DNA of 63,810 bases, counting the filler, from Squatina squatina (Eukaryota), in the NCBI GenBank assembly GCA_031763465.1. It is 13 parts of one record of this genome, joined end to end, with 100 filler letters (N's around TTAATTAATTAA, not from the genome) between each part and the next. Parts side by side here need not be neighbours in the genome. Positions count along the whole stretch, not along the records: positions 35,416 to 38,487 come from JARFOE010000051.1; positions 38,588 to 42,086 come from JARFOE010000051.1; positions 42,187 to 47,137 come from JARFOE010000051.1; positions 47,238 to 49,673 come from JARFOE010000051.1; 9 more parts are not named here. One strand, given 5' to 3'. Position 1 is the first letter of the stretch; every line of letters starts with the position of its first letter. The notes beneath the pieces are model-generated. The model saw nothing but the letters and a program-made list of their open reading frames with translations. It was not told the DNA's origin and made no database searches. Shown in pieces: positions 35,926 through 48,122 of the stretch. Both the position numbers and the translations under genes were made by a program.

Positions 35926-36429
35926 GAGTTGTTGTTGAAAAAAGTACACCTTGAAACAAACACCCTGTGCCCTGGTAAGAATTTACTGCCACGCTGAGGA
36001 GGGCTGCAGGTTTCCTTCACTTGTGGAACATTCGATTCAATGAGTTTCCAACCCAGCCACGCACAAAATCTACCGAAAAGTACAGCTGAGGCAGTGAGCT
36101 GAAACACCCTGGAGAAAGTTTCCACATAGTTCTGAAGACATGAACCAACGGAGGGATGAAAAACAACTCACCATGTACGAGACTAACTGCAACCAGAGAC
36201 TCATTATGCACGCACACACACGCACTCCTACAGAGCCACCCTGAAAATAAGAGTCATTGACATTTCAGTTAATCCACCAACTAAAAGTTAGAAACATTTG
36301 TTTTCCAAGTCACAGATTGACTTTTGGAACATTTACTCTCCAACACCCCCTGACCTTGATCATGGAACCATCCAGCTCAGAAGAGGCCATTCAGCCATTT
36401 GTGCCTGTGCCGGCTCTTCGAAAGCGCTA

Positions 36430-36905
36430 TCATAGAAACATAGAAAATAGGTGCAGGAGTAGGCCATTAGGCCCTTCGAGCCTGCACCGCCATTCAATAT
36501 GATNNNNNNNNNNNNNNNNNNNNNNNNNNNNNNNNNNNNNNNNNNNNNNNNNNNNNNNNNNNNNNNNNNNNNNNNNNNNNNNNNNNNNNNNNNNNNNNNN
36601 NNNGGTTTGCTGCTTTTTCTGGCCAATTTATATGTCTCCTCCTTGGATCTAATGCTATCCCTAATTTCCCTTGTAAGCCAAGGTTGAGCCACCTTTCCTG
36701 TTTTATTTTTGCGCCAGACAGGAATGAACAACTGTTGTAGTTCATCCATGCGCTCCTTAAATGTTTGCCATTGCCTATCCACCATCAACCCTTTAAGTAA
36801 CGTTCTCCAATCTATCCTAGCCAACTCGCGTCTCATACCATTGTAGTTTCCTTCATTTAGATTCAGGACCCTAGTCTCAGAATCAACTATGTCAATCTCT
36901 ATCTT
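36430..36905 (-). mobile_element. CR1 LINE fragments
   Basis: MRRELARIDW..QPWLTREIRDSIRSKE and a 3' tail. Confidence 0.85.
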
Positions 36906-37063
36906 TAATCAAGCAAAGAACGTGTATTATGTAAAGTGTGAATGTTGGTAGTTTGAGATGGCATTTTGCTGTCCCTTAATTGCTCTTTGTTTCAGACATG
37001 CAACACCTAACCTACAGTTCCTTTATTTGTGGGAGGAGTAAATGTATTGCCTGGCTTCAGGGC

Positions 37064-37856
37064 TGCACTATTACAAAGGCAAAATAATAAAGATGCTGGA
37101 AATCTGAAATATAAACGGAAAATGCTGGAAATACTCAGCAGATCAGGCATCATCTGTGGTGAGAGAAACAGAGTTAACGTTTCAGGTCAGCAACCTTTTG
37201 TCAGAACTGGAAAATGTTACAGATGATGTAACAGATATTTAAGCAAGCAACAACAACTTTTATTTATCTAGCGCCTTTAACGTAGTGAAACGTCTCAAGG
37301 CGCTTCACAGGAGCGTTACCAAACAAAAGGCACAGCGGCAGGGAAAGGTGGAGGGGGGAGGAGGGAACAACAAAAGGGGAAGTTCTTTGATAGGGTGGAA
37401 GGCAGGAGTAATTTAAATGACAAGAGGGATGATGGTGCAAAGCAAAAGGGGATGTCAATGGGACAAGGAGAGAAATAAAAGATGGGTCTACAGGAGGTGT
37501 AAATGGCAACAGCAGAACCATTACCAGCACCCACTGCCCAAAAAAATGGGAGCTGTGGCTATAATCTGAAATTGTTGAATTCGATGTTGAGTCCGGAAGG
37601 TTGTAAAGTGCCTTATTGAAAGATGAGGTGCTGTTCCTACAGCTTTCATGAGCTTCATTGGAACAATGGAGGAAGCGAAGATGGAGAGGTCAGAGTGAGA
37701 GTTGGTGGAGAATTAAAAAAGCAGGGACCAGAAGCTCAGGGTCACGGTTGCAGACTGAACGGAAGTGTTCTGCTAAACGGTCACCCAATTTGTGTTTGGT
37801 CTCCCCAATGTAGAGGAGACCACATTGTGAGCAGCGAATACAGTTCATTAAATTGA
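37064..37856 (-). mobile_element. Penelope-like element 3' part / UTR
   Basis: Reverse complement of the 21090-21720 family, including GIY-YIG remnant. Confidence 0.82.
37172..37208 (-). ncRNA. Decayed minimal type I hammerhead ribozyme motif in Penelope UTR
   Basis: Minus strand AGTT-CTGACAA-AAGGT-TGCTG-ACCT-GAAACGTT-AACT; stems I and II pair. Confidence 0.6.
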
Positions 37857-38199
37857 NNNNNNNNNNNNNNNNNNNNNNNNNNNNNNNNNNNNNNNNNNNN
37901 NNNNNNNNNNNNNNNNNNNNNNNNNNNNNNNNNNNNNNNNNNNNNNNNNNNNNNNNTGTACAAGTAAAGAAGTCTTTCCATTAGTGTCTTCAAGTTTAAT
38001 CCATTTGACCCAAGTAAGGTGCAAATCATAGAATACAGAGGGAGTGAAGTGTAGCGCCACAACAGTGTCATTATATTGCTTAGAAAGTTCTTAAATACAT
38101 AACCTTAGATTAAGAGACCTTGTAATTGGTTGTTAAAATGATGAGAACAAGCTGCTGACTTTGGAGAGCTGTGAAATGACCCCTTCATGCTGTTGTAAG

Positions 38200-41100
38200 A
38201 ACATAACATAAGAAGCAGCAGCAGGAGGAGACCGGATGGCCCCTCCGAGCCTGCTCCACCATTCAGTAAGATCATGGCTGATCGTCGACCTCAACTCCAC
38301 TTTCCTGCCCAATCTCCATATCCCTTGATTCCCTTGGAGTCCCAAAAATCTGTGTCTCAGTCTTGAATATACTCAAAGACTCAGCATTCACACCCCTCTG
38401 AGGCAGAGAATTCCAAAGATTCACAACCCTCCTCATCTCTGTCTTAAATGGTCGACCTCATATCCTGAGACTATGCTCCCTAGTTCTNNNNNNNNNNNNN
38501 NNNNNNNNNNNNNNNNNNNNNNNNNNNNNNNTTAATTAATTAANNNNNNNNNNNNNNNNNNNNNNNNNNNNNNNNNNNNNNNNNNNNGAGATTTGTGAGG
38601 ATGTTGCCTGGCCTGGAGCATTTTAGCTATGAGGAAAGATTGGATAGGCTGGGTTGTTTTCTTTGGAATAGAAGAGGTTGAGGGGAGGCCAAATTGAAGT
38701 GTATAAAATTATGAGGGACCTAGATAAAGTGGATAAGAAGAACCTATTTCCTTTAGCAGAGGGGCCAATAACCAGGGGGCATAGATTTAAAGCAATTGGT
38801 AGATGATTTAGAGTGGATTTGCGGAGAGGTTTTTTCACCCAGAGGGTGGTGGAGGTCTGAAACTCACTGCCTGAAAGGGTGGTTGAGGCAGAAACATTCA
38901 TCACATTTAAAAACATACTTGGATATGCACTTGAAGTGCCGTAACCTACAAGGCTTCAGACCAAGTGCTGGAAAATAGGATTAGGCTGGATAGCTCTTTG
39001 TCAGCTGGCATGGACACGATGGGCCGAATGGCCTCCTTCTGTACCGTAAATTTCTATGATTCCATGGTGCCCAGAACTGTACACAATATTCCGGCTGAGG
39101 CCTAAACAGGGATTTGTAAAGATTTACCATGACTTCGTTGCCCCTATTTACAAAGCTAACCCCATACACTTTCTTAATTATCTTATCAACTTAGTTGCCC
39201 AGCCACCTTCAAGGATTTATGAATATGCACCCCAGGTCCCTCTGCTCTTGCATCCCCCTCANNNNNNNNNNNNNNNNNNNNNNNNNNNNNNNNNNNNNNN
39301 NNNNNNNNNNNNNNNNNNNNNNNNNNNNNNNNNNNNNNNNNNNNNNNNNNNNNNNNNNNNNTGCATGGTAGCTAATGTAACCTTGCTACTCAAGAAAGCA
39401 GGGGGAGAGAAACCAGGGAACTACAGGCCAGTAAGCCTGACATTAGTCATTGGGAAAATGCTAGAATCCATTATTAAGGAAGTGGTTACACGGCACTTAG
39501 AAAATCATAATATGATCAGGCAGAGTCAACATGGTTTTATGAAAGGGAAATCGTGTTTGGAAAACCTGTTAGAGTTTTTTGAGGATGTAACTAGCAAGGT
39601 AGATAAAGGGGAACGAGTGGATGTAGTATATTTGGATTTCCAAAAGGCATTTGATAAGGTGCCACGTAAAAGCTTATTATACAAGATAAGGGCCCATGGG
39701 ATTGGCGGTAATGTATTAGAATGGTAGAGAATTGGTTAATGGACAGAAAACAGAGAGTAGGGATAAAAAGGTCTTTTTCAGGTTGGCAGGCTGTAACTAG
39801 TGAGGTGCTGCAAGGATCATTGCTGGGGCCTCAGCTATTTACAGTCTATATTAATGACCTAGATGAAGGGACCGAGTGTAATGTATCCAACTTTGCTGAT
39901 GATACAAAGCTAGGTGGGACAGTAAGGCGTGAGGAAAACACAAAGGGGGCCAAATCGGTCTGAACCAGATTCGGGGGTGGGGGAGTGAATTAGTATGGGG
40001 CTCGGGATTTTAATGTCTGCTTCGCGGTTCTGGGAAGAGCTGAGCAACACTCCTGACCCGTTTTCTCTTCGTGCAGTGCCCTCTGCTTTCGAGTTTCGTG
40101 GCTACATCTATCAGGGAAGAGGTTTACTCCCCATCGAAAGGTACTGCAGTGCAGGTTAGTACATGAACAAGAGTTGGAGATGCTTGTAGGTGCATGTATG
40201 GGTGTGCGCGCGTCTGCACAGGGGTGCACATGTGCTTGTACAGGGATGTGCCTAAGGAGGGGGCGTGGCAGCAGGGAAGGGAAGAGAATAAGTTACAAGG
40301 AGTAGAGGAAATGGGGGCCTGTGGTCAATGAGTAAATACACCGCCTAGTCCTGAGCTGCACTGACCAGGCTTCTCTGAACTGCCTCCAATGTCAGTATGT
40401 CTAAGGAAAGATATACTGGCATTAGAGGCAGTTCAGAGAAGGTTCACTAGGTTGATCCCAGGTATGGAAGGATTGTCTTATGAGGAAAGATTGTGCTGGT
40501 TGGGCCTATACTCATTGGAGTTTAGAAGAATGAGAGGCGATCTTACTGAAACATATAAGGTTCTGAGGGGACNNNNNNNNNNNNNNNNNNNNNNNNNNNN
40601 NNNNNNNNNNNNNNNNNNNNNNNNNNNNNNNNNNNNNNNNNNNNNNNNNNNNNNNNNNNNNNNNNNNNNNNNGGAACTCCATTCCCTTATCTGCTTTACT
40701 GACCTCTTCTGGCCAATTAATTTTGGCATAGTTGAAATCTCCCATGATTATTATTCTATATTATTTACTCATTTCCCTAATCTTTAAGCATATTTCTTCC
40801 TCCACCTCCCTTCCACTATTAGGTGGTCTATGGACTACCCCTATTAGTGTGATTAATCCTTTATTATCTATTACCTCAATCCACATAGATACTATTTCTG
40901 TCTTACTGATAGCTACTTCACATTTTTCTACTGGCATTATGACATCCCTAATAAGTACAGCTACTCCACCTCCCCTTTTTCCCTCTCTATCTTTTGTAAA
41001 TATGTTATATTTGTTTAATGCCCAGAGGAGAGGAAGTTAGAAAGGCAGGGGAAAAATCCAGTCGTCGTGGTCCCTCTTCCCCACATCTGATTTTTCTGTA

Positions 41101-41218
41101 GCCATGTCTCAATAATCCCTGTTATATCTGGTTCCTCACAAGGTATTATTGCCTCTTGTTCCCCTGTTTTACTACGGACACTGTGTGCATTGCTGTACAG
41201 AGAGTTTAACTCATTTTT
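38200..41218. mobile_element. Cluster of CR1 LINE fragments: 38200-38487(-), 38588-39062(+), 39065-39260(-), 39362-39940(+, RT), 40400-40572(+), 40673-41218(-, APE endonuclease)
   Basis: PGNYRPVSLT..YLDFQKAFDKVP..FADDTKLGG; MGDFNYAKINW; LYSNAHSVRSK..IIETWL. Confidence 0.88.
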
Positions 41219-41784
41219 NNNNNNNNNNNNNNNNNNNNNNNNNNNNNNNNNNNNNNNNNNNNNNNNNNNNNNNNNNNNNNNNNNNNNNNNNNNNNNNNNN
41301 NNNNNNNNNNNNNNNNNNTGGATGTCAGCAGGCTGTTCAATTTTGAAGGGTGTCACAATCTCATCCACTGTCCACCGTATAGGGGCAGTGATCGGGATCA
41401 GCAATCCTGGTTGATCTGTTTTTTAAATTTTCCCTCAATCAAGCTTAAGGCCACAGTAGAACATACTGTACAATCGGTTACCGATTGAAGCCTTTGCCCA
41501 GGAGGCCATCCTTGGAGACTGCCTAAATTTATTTCAACTTTGAACCTTTAAGTTAGTTTATGAACCAACTGTCAAATATGTTAACACTTTTTCAGATTCT
41601 CTTTCTTTGAGAACTATGCCGCAGTAAGTTGCGAGACTATCATACGGGATTAATTTCACTGTAAAGCAGAGCACACTAGCTCTAGTTGGATAAAAGTTAG
41701 AACAGAGCTTCCCTCTTAATAGGAGCAGATAAAAGGAGCTATTTCATCATTTGTTAATGGTTCATTTGCTCCTGATTTGTGCAG

Positions 41785-41862
41785 GCCAGGAGCTGGATAA
41801 TTGTGACCCAACACTACCCACCGAGGTCCCAGATGTTCCACAAGAAGCACTGCCTAAAGCTG
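41785..41862 (+). CDS. Candidate 78-nt exon of an unidentified gene (possible partner exon at 41596-41623)
   Basis: TTTGTGCAG acceptor, CTG|GTGAGT donor, two open frames. Confidence 0.4.
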
Positions 41863-42283
41863 GTGAGTAAATTGCCATCTCTGTCAGGCTGTTTCTCTCT
41901 ATAATCAGCATTCCATGAGGACCCGCAGACAAAGTTGTGTTCCTGGCTCTAACTTTTTCTTCCGCTTTGGACTAAAAGGACAGATCGTAACGCTGCACCT
42001 GAAGAAATGGCAAGCGTGCTGTAATGTTTTTGACAGTCTGTGATTCTGTTCTTGTCAAAAGCTAAGGTGCTGTGTGGAATTCATTTNNNNNNNNNNNNNN
42101 NNNNNNNNNNNNNNNNNNNNNNNNNNNNNNTTAATTAATTAANNNNNNNNNNNNNNNNNNNNNNNNNNNNNNNNNNNNNNNNNNNNTGAAGAGCTGGCCG
42201 TGGGTTTTCAGCAGGCGGCCTCACTCAGTGCGCTGTTCAGTAGCAGTTGCTGTAAAGTCTTTTTGTTTTGATTTTAAATGCAG

Positions 42284-42422
42284 AAGATCTGGAGGAGGAA
42301 ATGGAAACAGAAACAGAAGCGGATAACCCACAACAGTTGACAGAAAAACAGCAGCACCAGCTCAAACATCGAGAATTGTTCCTATCACGACAGCTTGAGT
42401 CCTTACCAGCAACGCACATACG
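42284..42422 (+). CDS. Metastasis-associated protein (MTA1-like), BAH-domain exon
   Basis: [46 protein letters not shown] with CAG acceptor and CG|GTAAGC donor. Confidence 0.92.
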
Positions 42423-43513
42423 GTAAGCAGATGTTTGAATAAACTGCAACCTCTCTACCCCACCCACTTGTTCACTTACAACCTGTGCATCCCATCGTGT
42501 TGGGAACAGTATTTAAAGGTATTGTCCTGTCGACATGCTGCAGGCAGCAGTAGGAAATCTAGTGGTGCGACTCTATAGCTAACCCGTTTATTAACATGCC
42601 ATCTTGTTTTGGAAGGGAGAATTTGCATTCTTCCACTGTACCTTGGGTCAATGACATCTGAAATCTATCACTATCCTGTGCAACTTTCCACAACCTTCAG
42701 GTCCTCTTTACTTAATTGAGACCCAGAATTCTGTGATATATTGTACAGCAGAGCTTCCACTACAGCACAAGCTGGACACTGAGCTTATCCACAATATGGA
42801 GCAATAGGGAGAAGAAAGACCACCGGTTTCACTCTCCAGTGTGACTTTTTCGGTCTCTAGGTAGCCTAGAGCAAGGGCTGTGAAGCCACGCTGATGTACA
42901 TCACAGTGACGAGTATAAAACCAGTGTGTAATTACTCTGCTCTGTCAACAACGCAGCGACGGCCTGGCTTCATTGCAATATTAAAGGTCATGCTTGGGGT
43001 GACGACTGGGATGTGCACCATGGTGTGCTTTGACTTCAAGCTATTGAGACCTTTGCGAATAATCTATTGAGCTGAAATACACAATCATGGGGCCTCTGCC
43101 TGTAAAATAAATGCTGCTTGATGGGTTTTTCACCACAGAGTGGTCCCATTCACCTCGACCTGTCCCTCCCGCCCACCCCACAGGAGTAAAGTCACAAGTT
43201 TGAGCTCTCGCTACAGATTCAACAGATAGCAGGAACTTCCTTTTAAAACCATTACTCCCTCTTACCCTGCCGTTCCCCTGGCCGGCCCTCATCTTCGCTT
43301 TCTCAAGTCCAGGGGGCACAGACTTGAACGGATATGGCGGACAACTGGTTTATCAATTCACCATCAGATCTGGCTGAACCACCTAAGGTCCTAGTCTTGT
43401 CTGCCAAAACTGCNNNNNNNNNNNNNNNNNNNNNNNNNNNNNNNNNNNNNNNNNNNNNNNNNNNNNNNNNNNNNNNNNNNNNNNNNNNNNNNNNNNNNNN
43501 NNNNNNNNNNNNN

Positions 43514-43840
43514 ACTGCTGTGCCCTTATTGCATGCATCTCTAATTTCCTGTTTAATGCCATCCCCAACCTCATGACTACTGTTTGGGGGCCTGTATACA
43601 ACTCCCACTAACGTTTTCTGCCCCTTAGCATTTCTCAGCTCTACCCATACAGATTCCACATCATCCGATCTGATATCCTTCCTTACTATTGTGTTAGTCT
43701 CCTCTTTAACCAGCAACGCTACCCCACCACCTTTTCCTTTTTGCTTGTCCTTCCTAAATATTGAATACCCCTGGATGTTCAGTTCCCATCCTTGGCCACC
43801 TTGCAGCCATGTCTCCGCAATCCCAATTCTATCATATCTT
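43514..43840 (-). mobile_element. CR1 LINE endonuclease fragment
   Basis: VESVWVELRNAKGQKTLVGVVYRPPNS. Confidence 0.9.
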
Positions 43841-44157
43841 ATAATCCTTTTCTAAGTTACACTTCAGTTTCTTTCTAAAGGTGAAGGAGATTGAGGCAGG
43901 CTGTACCACATCATATCTCTCTGCACAGACCCAACTCATGGGAGATAAAAATCCAGATTTTGGGAAATGGTTCGGGATAATGAGACTGGAGTAGTTTAAT
44001 AGTGATTTCTCTGGCCTGTTTAGGGAGGTTTTGGTTGAGTTTGAGTCAAAATTTCTTTCGATGTTGGGGAACGAATTCCCTCACTCTGGAATTGCAGGGC
44101 CAGTTGTGTTGGGCTTGCACTCTGAAGTGACCTTCCCTCTGTTCTGTTTTCTTTCAG

Positions 44158-44275
44158 GATTCCTTTTTTTATTGCCTAGTTTACGATCCACAGCAAAAGA
44201 CTCTTCTAGCAGATAAAGGAGAGATCCGTGTTGGTCCCCAGTACCAGGCAGACATTACAGACTTACTGAAAGAAG
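44158..44275 (+). CDS. Metastasis-associated protein (MTA1-like), BAH/ELM2 junction exon
   Basis: [39 protein letters not shown] with TTTCAG acceptor and G|GTAAAT donor. Confidence 0.93.
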
Positions 44276-45080
44276 GTAAATGGTCAGTGGGTCCAGCACA
44301 TGAGCATCTCCACTCATAGCAACATTGGCTCCTGATTGGACCTTCCACAGAGTCATAATGTTTGATAGCACAGACCATATAGAGGCCAGCCATGACAGTG
44401 GAAACCCCTTGTTATGTGAATAGGCTAGTGGCAACCTGTATGTGCCCCTCCTGTGCATTTCTCCTATTTTCTGAAAGGCAGTTTGATAAACACTTTTGTG
44501 AGATGAGACCAATTGTAATTCAATAAGCTAAATTATTTTTCATACAATCGGTAAACAAGCAGAGTAAAGATTAGAGTGAACTACTTATTTTGTAACATTC
44601 CTCATAACATAGATAATGACAAAATACACCACACTATCCCTGATGGTGGGCTAAATCCACTTTTCACACCAGCATTCTCACTGAACCCAGTCAGCCCTGT
44701 GTTGAGGAAAAGAATCTTCATTCTCTAAGGTTGACTTCCTCAGTGAATCTCCCCAACTGTGCAACCTTCTGTTTGTCCTTTCTCAGCTGCACTGGAAGCC
44801 AAAAGCTTGACCTCTTATCTTCCCACAGCTCTATATGCCTGGGGATTGACCAGTTGAACTGCAAAACACTGGACACAGGGTTTCCCATTGGGCACCAGTG
44901 TCCAGCGTTCGGAGAGCAGCTCCCAGGAGTTCCCAGGGGCTGTGCTAGTTCTCACAGTGTCCCATCAGTAAAAGGAATTCTCTTCAAGTAAAAAGCCAGC
45001 TTGTGGTCGTCCACCGGCACATTGAATCTCTGGCCAGGCATCCACCTCCTGTCGGTAATCAACCCCAGGTCAGAGATATG

Positions 45081-45300
45081 GGGCGCCCAATTCGTCCTAT
45101 TTTTGGGACGTTAAAGTAGCGTTAAATGGGCGTTAAATTTAGCGCTGCGAAATTCATCCCCCCTTAACACCGGCGCTAAATTGGGACCAGTTCTGGGGGA
45201 GGTGGGACCAGTACAAGCTGGATGGGTTACACCTGGGCAGGATTGGGACCGATGACCTTGGGGGGTGGGGGTTTGCTAGTGGTGTCCGGGAGGGTTTAAA
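45081..45300. mobile_element. Putative Harbinger-type element, left end
   Basis: GGGCGCCCAATT terminus followed by repeated (G)CGTTAAA motifs. Confidence 0.5.
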
Positions 45301-45835
45301 CTAGAATGGCAGGGGGATGGGAATCTGAGCAGGGAGACAGAGGAAGGGGAAAAAAGGATAGAAACGAAAGACAGGAAACAAAAAGGCAAAAGTGGAAGGC
45401 CNNNNNNNNNNNNNNNNNNNNNNNNNNNNNNNNNNNNNNNNNNNNNNNNNNNNNNNNNNNNNNNNNNNNNNNNNNNNNNNNNNNNNNNNNNNNNNNNNNN
45501 NNNNNNNNNNNNNNNNNNNNNNNNNNNNNNNNNNNNNNNNNNNNNNNNNNNNNNNNNNNNNNNNNNNNNNNNNNNNNNNNNNNNNNNNNNNNNNNNNNNN
45601 NNNNNNNNNNNNNNNNNNNNNNNNNNNNNNNNNNNNNNNNNNNNNNNNNNNNNNNNNNNNNNNNNNNNNNNNNNNNNNNNNNNNNNNNNNNNNNNNNNNN
45701 NNNNNNNNNNNNNNNNNNNNNNNNNNNNNNNNNNNNNNNNNNNNNNNNNNNNNNNNNNNNNNNNNNNNNNNNNNNNNNNNNNNNNNNNNNNNNNNNNNNN
45801 NNNNNNNNNNNNNNNNNNNNNNNNNNNNNNNNNNN

Positions 45836-47060
45836 TCTCCACTTTCCTGTACTATCCCCATATCTCTTGTGTCCCTTAGTTCCCAAAAATCTATCGATCT
45901 CTGTGTTGAATATACTCAACGACTGAGCACTAGATTTTAGATATTAAAGGCATCAAGGGATATGGGGATAGTGCAGGAAAATGGCGTTGAGATAGAGGAT
46001 CAGCCTTGATCTTGTTGAATGGCGGAGCAGGCTCGAAGGGCGCAATGGCCTACTCCTGCTCCTATTTCTTATGTTCTTATGTCCATCCACAGCTCTCTAG
46101 GGTAGAGAATTCCAAAGATTAACAAGCTTTTGAGTGAATAAATTTCTCCTCATCTGAGTCCTAAATATCCGACCCCTTTGTCTGCGACTGACCCCTAGTT
46201 CTAGACTCCCCAGCCGGGGGAAACATCTACCCAGCATTTACCCTGTCAAGCCCCTTGAGAATTTTATATGTTTCAATGAGATCACCTTTCATTCTTCTAA
46301 ACTCTAGGGAATGCAGATTAATCATCCCATCCCAGGAATAAGAATAGTAAAACGTTGTTGCACTCCCTCTACGGCAAATATATATTTCTTTAGGTAAGGA
46401 GATCAAAACTGTACACAGTACTCCAGGTGTGGTCTCACTAAGGCCCTATATAATTGCAGTAAGCAGGTACCCTTATACTCAAGTCCTCTTGTAATAAATG
46501 CCAACATACGATTTGCATTCCTCATTGTTTGCTGTACTTGCATGCTAACTTTCTGATTCGTGTAAAAGGACACCCAGGTCCCTCTGATTACCAACATTTC
46601 CCAATCTCTCACTATTTGAAAAATATTCTGTTTTTCTATTTTTCCTACCAAAGTGGATAACTTCACATTTATCCATATTGTACTCCATCTGCCACCTTCT
46701 TTCCCACTCGCTTAACCTGTCTATAACCCTTTGCAGGCTCTTTGTGTCCTCCTCACAGCTGACTTTCCCACCTAGCTTTGTATTGTCAACAAACTTGGAT
46801 ACATTGCACTTGGTCCCCTAGCCAATCCTCAATCCATGCCAATATTACCCCCAATCCCATAAGCCCTAATTTTGTGCAATAACCTTTTGTGTGGCACCTT
46901 ATCGAATGCTTTTTGAAAATCCAAATACACTATTGATGTCAGGCTAACTGGTCTTTCGTTCCTTGTTTTCTTTTCCCCTCCTTTCTTGAATATCGGGGGT
47001 ACATTTGCTATCTTCCAAGCCACAGGGGCCGTTCTAGAAACTAAGGAATCCTGGAAGACA
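45836..47060 (-). mobile_element. CR1 LINE (deleted) with a nested plus-strand CR1 3' end at about 45930-46081
   Basis: YRALVRPHLEYCVQF, YLDFQKAFDKVPH; host sequence GACTGAGCA/TCCACAGC is interrupted. Confidence 0.87.
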
Positions 47061-47245
47061 AAGAGAGAAAGCCAGCCAGGTGTAGAGTTTTTGCTGCCAT
47101 CAGAATGTAATGGCTGTGGTCTTGGTGATGTTGAGTTNNNNNNNNNNNNNNNNNNNNNNNNNNNNNNNNNNNNNNNNNNNNTTAATTAATTAANNNNNNN
47201 NNNNNNNNNNNNNNNNNNNNNNNNNNNNNNNNNNNNNATCCTTAC

Positions 47246-47314
47246 CTTAAAATCAGGAAACACAGGCATGACTTCCACAGGGATAACGCGGGGCTTACTG
47301 TAATGTTGAGTGAC
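47246..47314 (-). CDS. PAF1: PAF1 exon (VTQHYSKPRVIPVEVMPVFPDFK)
   Basis: Canonical splice sites; phase matches the upstream exon; near-identical to recalled human PAF1. Confidence 0.95.
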
Positions 47315-47759
47315 CTAGGAGATGCAGAGAGATAAGAGTAAACAACAGCCCACACACGCAAATCATCTCACAGGTTACACCCATCCTGCTGACAGAAGTG
47401 CCAGTCTAACCCTCAGTCACAATCTCAGCTAAAACAAGGAGAGGAAGGCTCAGAGCCAAACCGTTAACTTGAGGTTTCTTCAAGCAGCTGCTGCCGGACT
47501 GGGGCCTCATGTTGTGATCTGGTTTAATAGCACCTTCCCTACAGGGCAGGGGTATAATGAGGTGCACAGTACAAGGAGGTTAGTTTGTCACACTCCCTCA
47601 GGGGTAGAAAGGTTACAGAGTGGTTTATTCCCTCAGGAGTAGTCCCTCAGGAAAGGTTATAGACTGGTTTATTCCCTCAGGAGTACAGTCCATCGGGATT
47701 AAGGTTATAGTTTGGGTGCTCGCTCATCGGGAGGGGGTTTAATTTGGTATACTCCTGGG

Positions 47760-47841
47760 CGATGTTCCCTTTAAGCTGCATGGCCATGCAGCCCTTTAAA
47801 GGGGCCACGAGGGCCAAAAAACTTTATTAGAGGGACCATTG
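47760..47841. mobile_element. 82-bp hAT MITE
   Basis: TIRs CGATGTTCCCTTTAA / TTAGAGGGACCATTG; 8-bp TSD CTCCTGGG / CTCGTGGG. Confidence 0.75.
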
Positions 47842-48016
47842 CTCGTGGGTGGGGAAGAGAATTGGGGTACAGTTCGGTAAACTGCCTCGAGAGATACAGT
47901 TGATAGTCTTGCAGGGAGTTGGAATATAATACTCTCCCTCTGGATGGGGGCTGTTTGGAGTCTAATACGCTCTCTGGATGGGGATCTGGTACCGCCTGTT
48001 TGAATATTTTTTCTAC

Positions 48017-48122
48017 CTCTTTATTCGCGTCCACGAAGGTCTTTTCAATTGCTGCAATCTGGCTGTCTCGGTCCTTGTAAATCTCCTCCTCTGTGAACTG
48101 TTGTTTGACAGATACACCAATT
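48017..48122 (-). CDS. PAF1: PAF1 exon ([35 protein letters not shown])
   Basis: CCAG acceptor, GAG|GTAGAA donor, phases consistent. Confidence 0.95.

Noticed and set aside
36172..36186. 15-nt micro-exon candidate on the minus strand with a neighbouring acceptor near 36132
   Set aside because: The implied intron would be about 39 nt and no peptide is recognisable; insufficient support.
45276..45940. ORFs of 180-207 aa
   Set aside because: Composed mostly of N-gap sequence.
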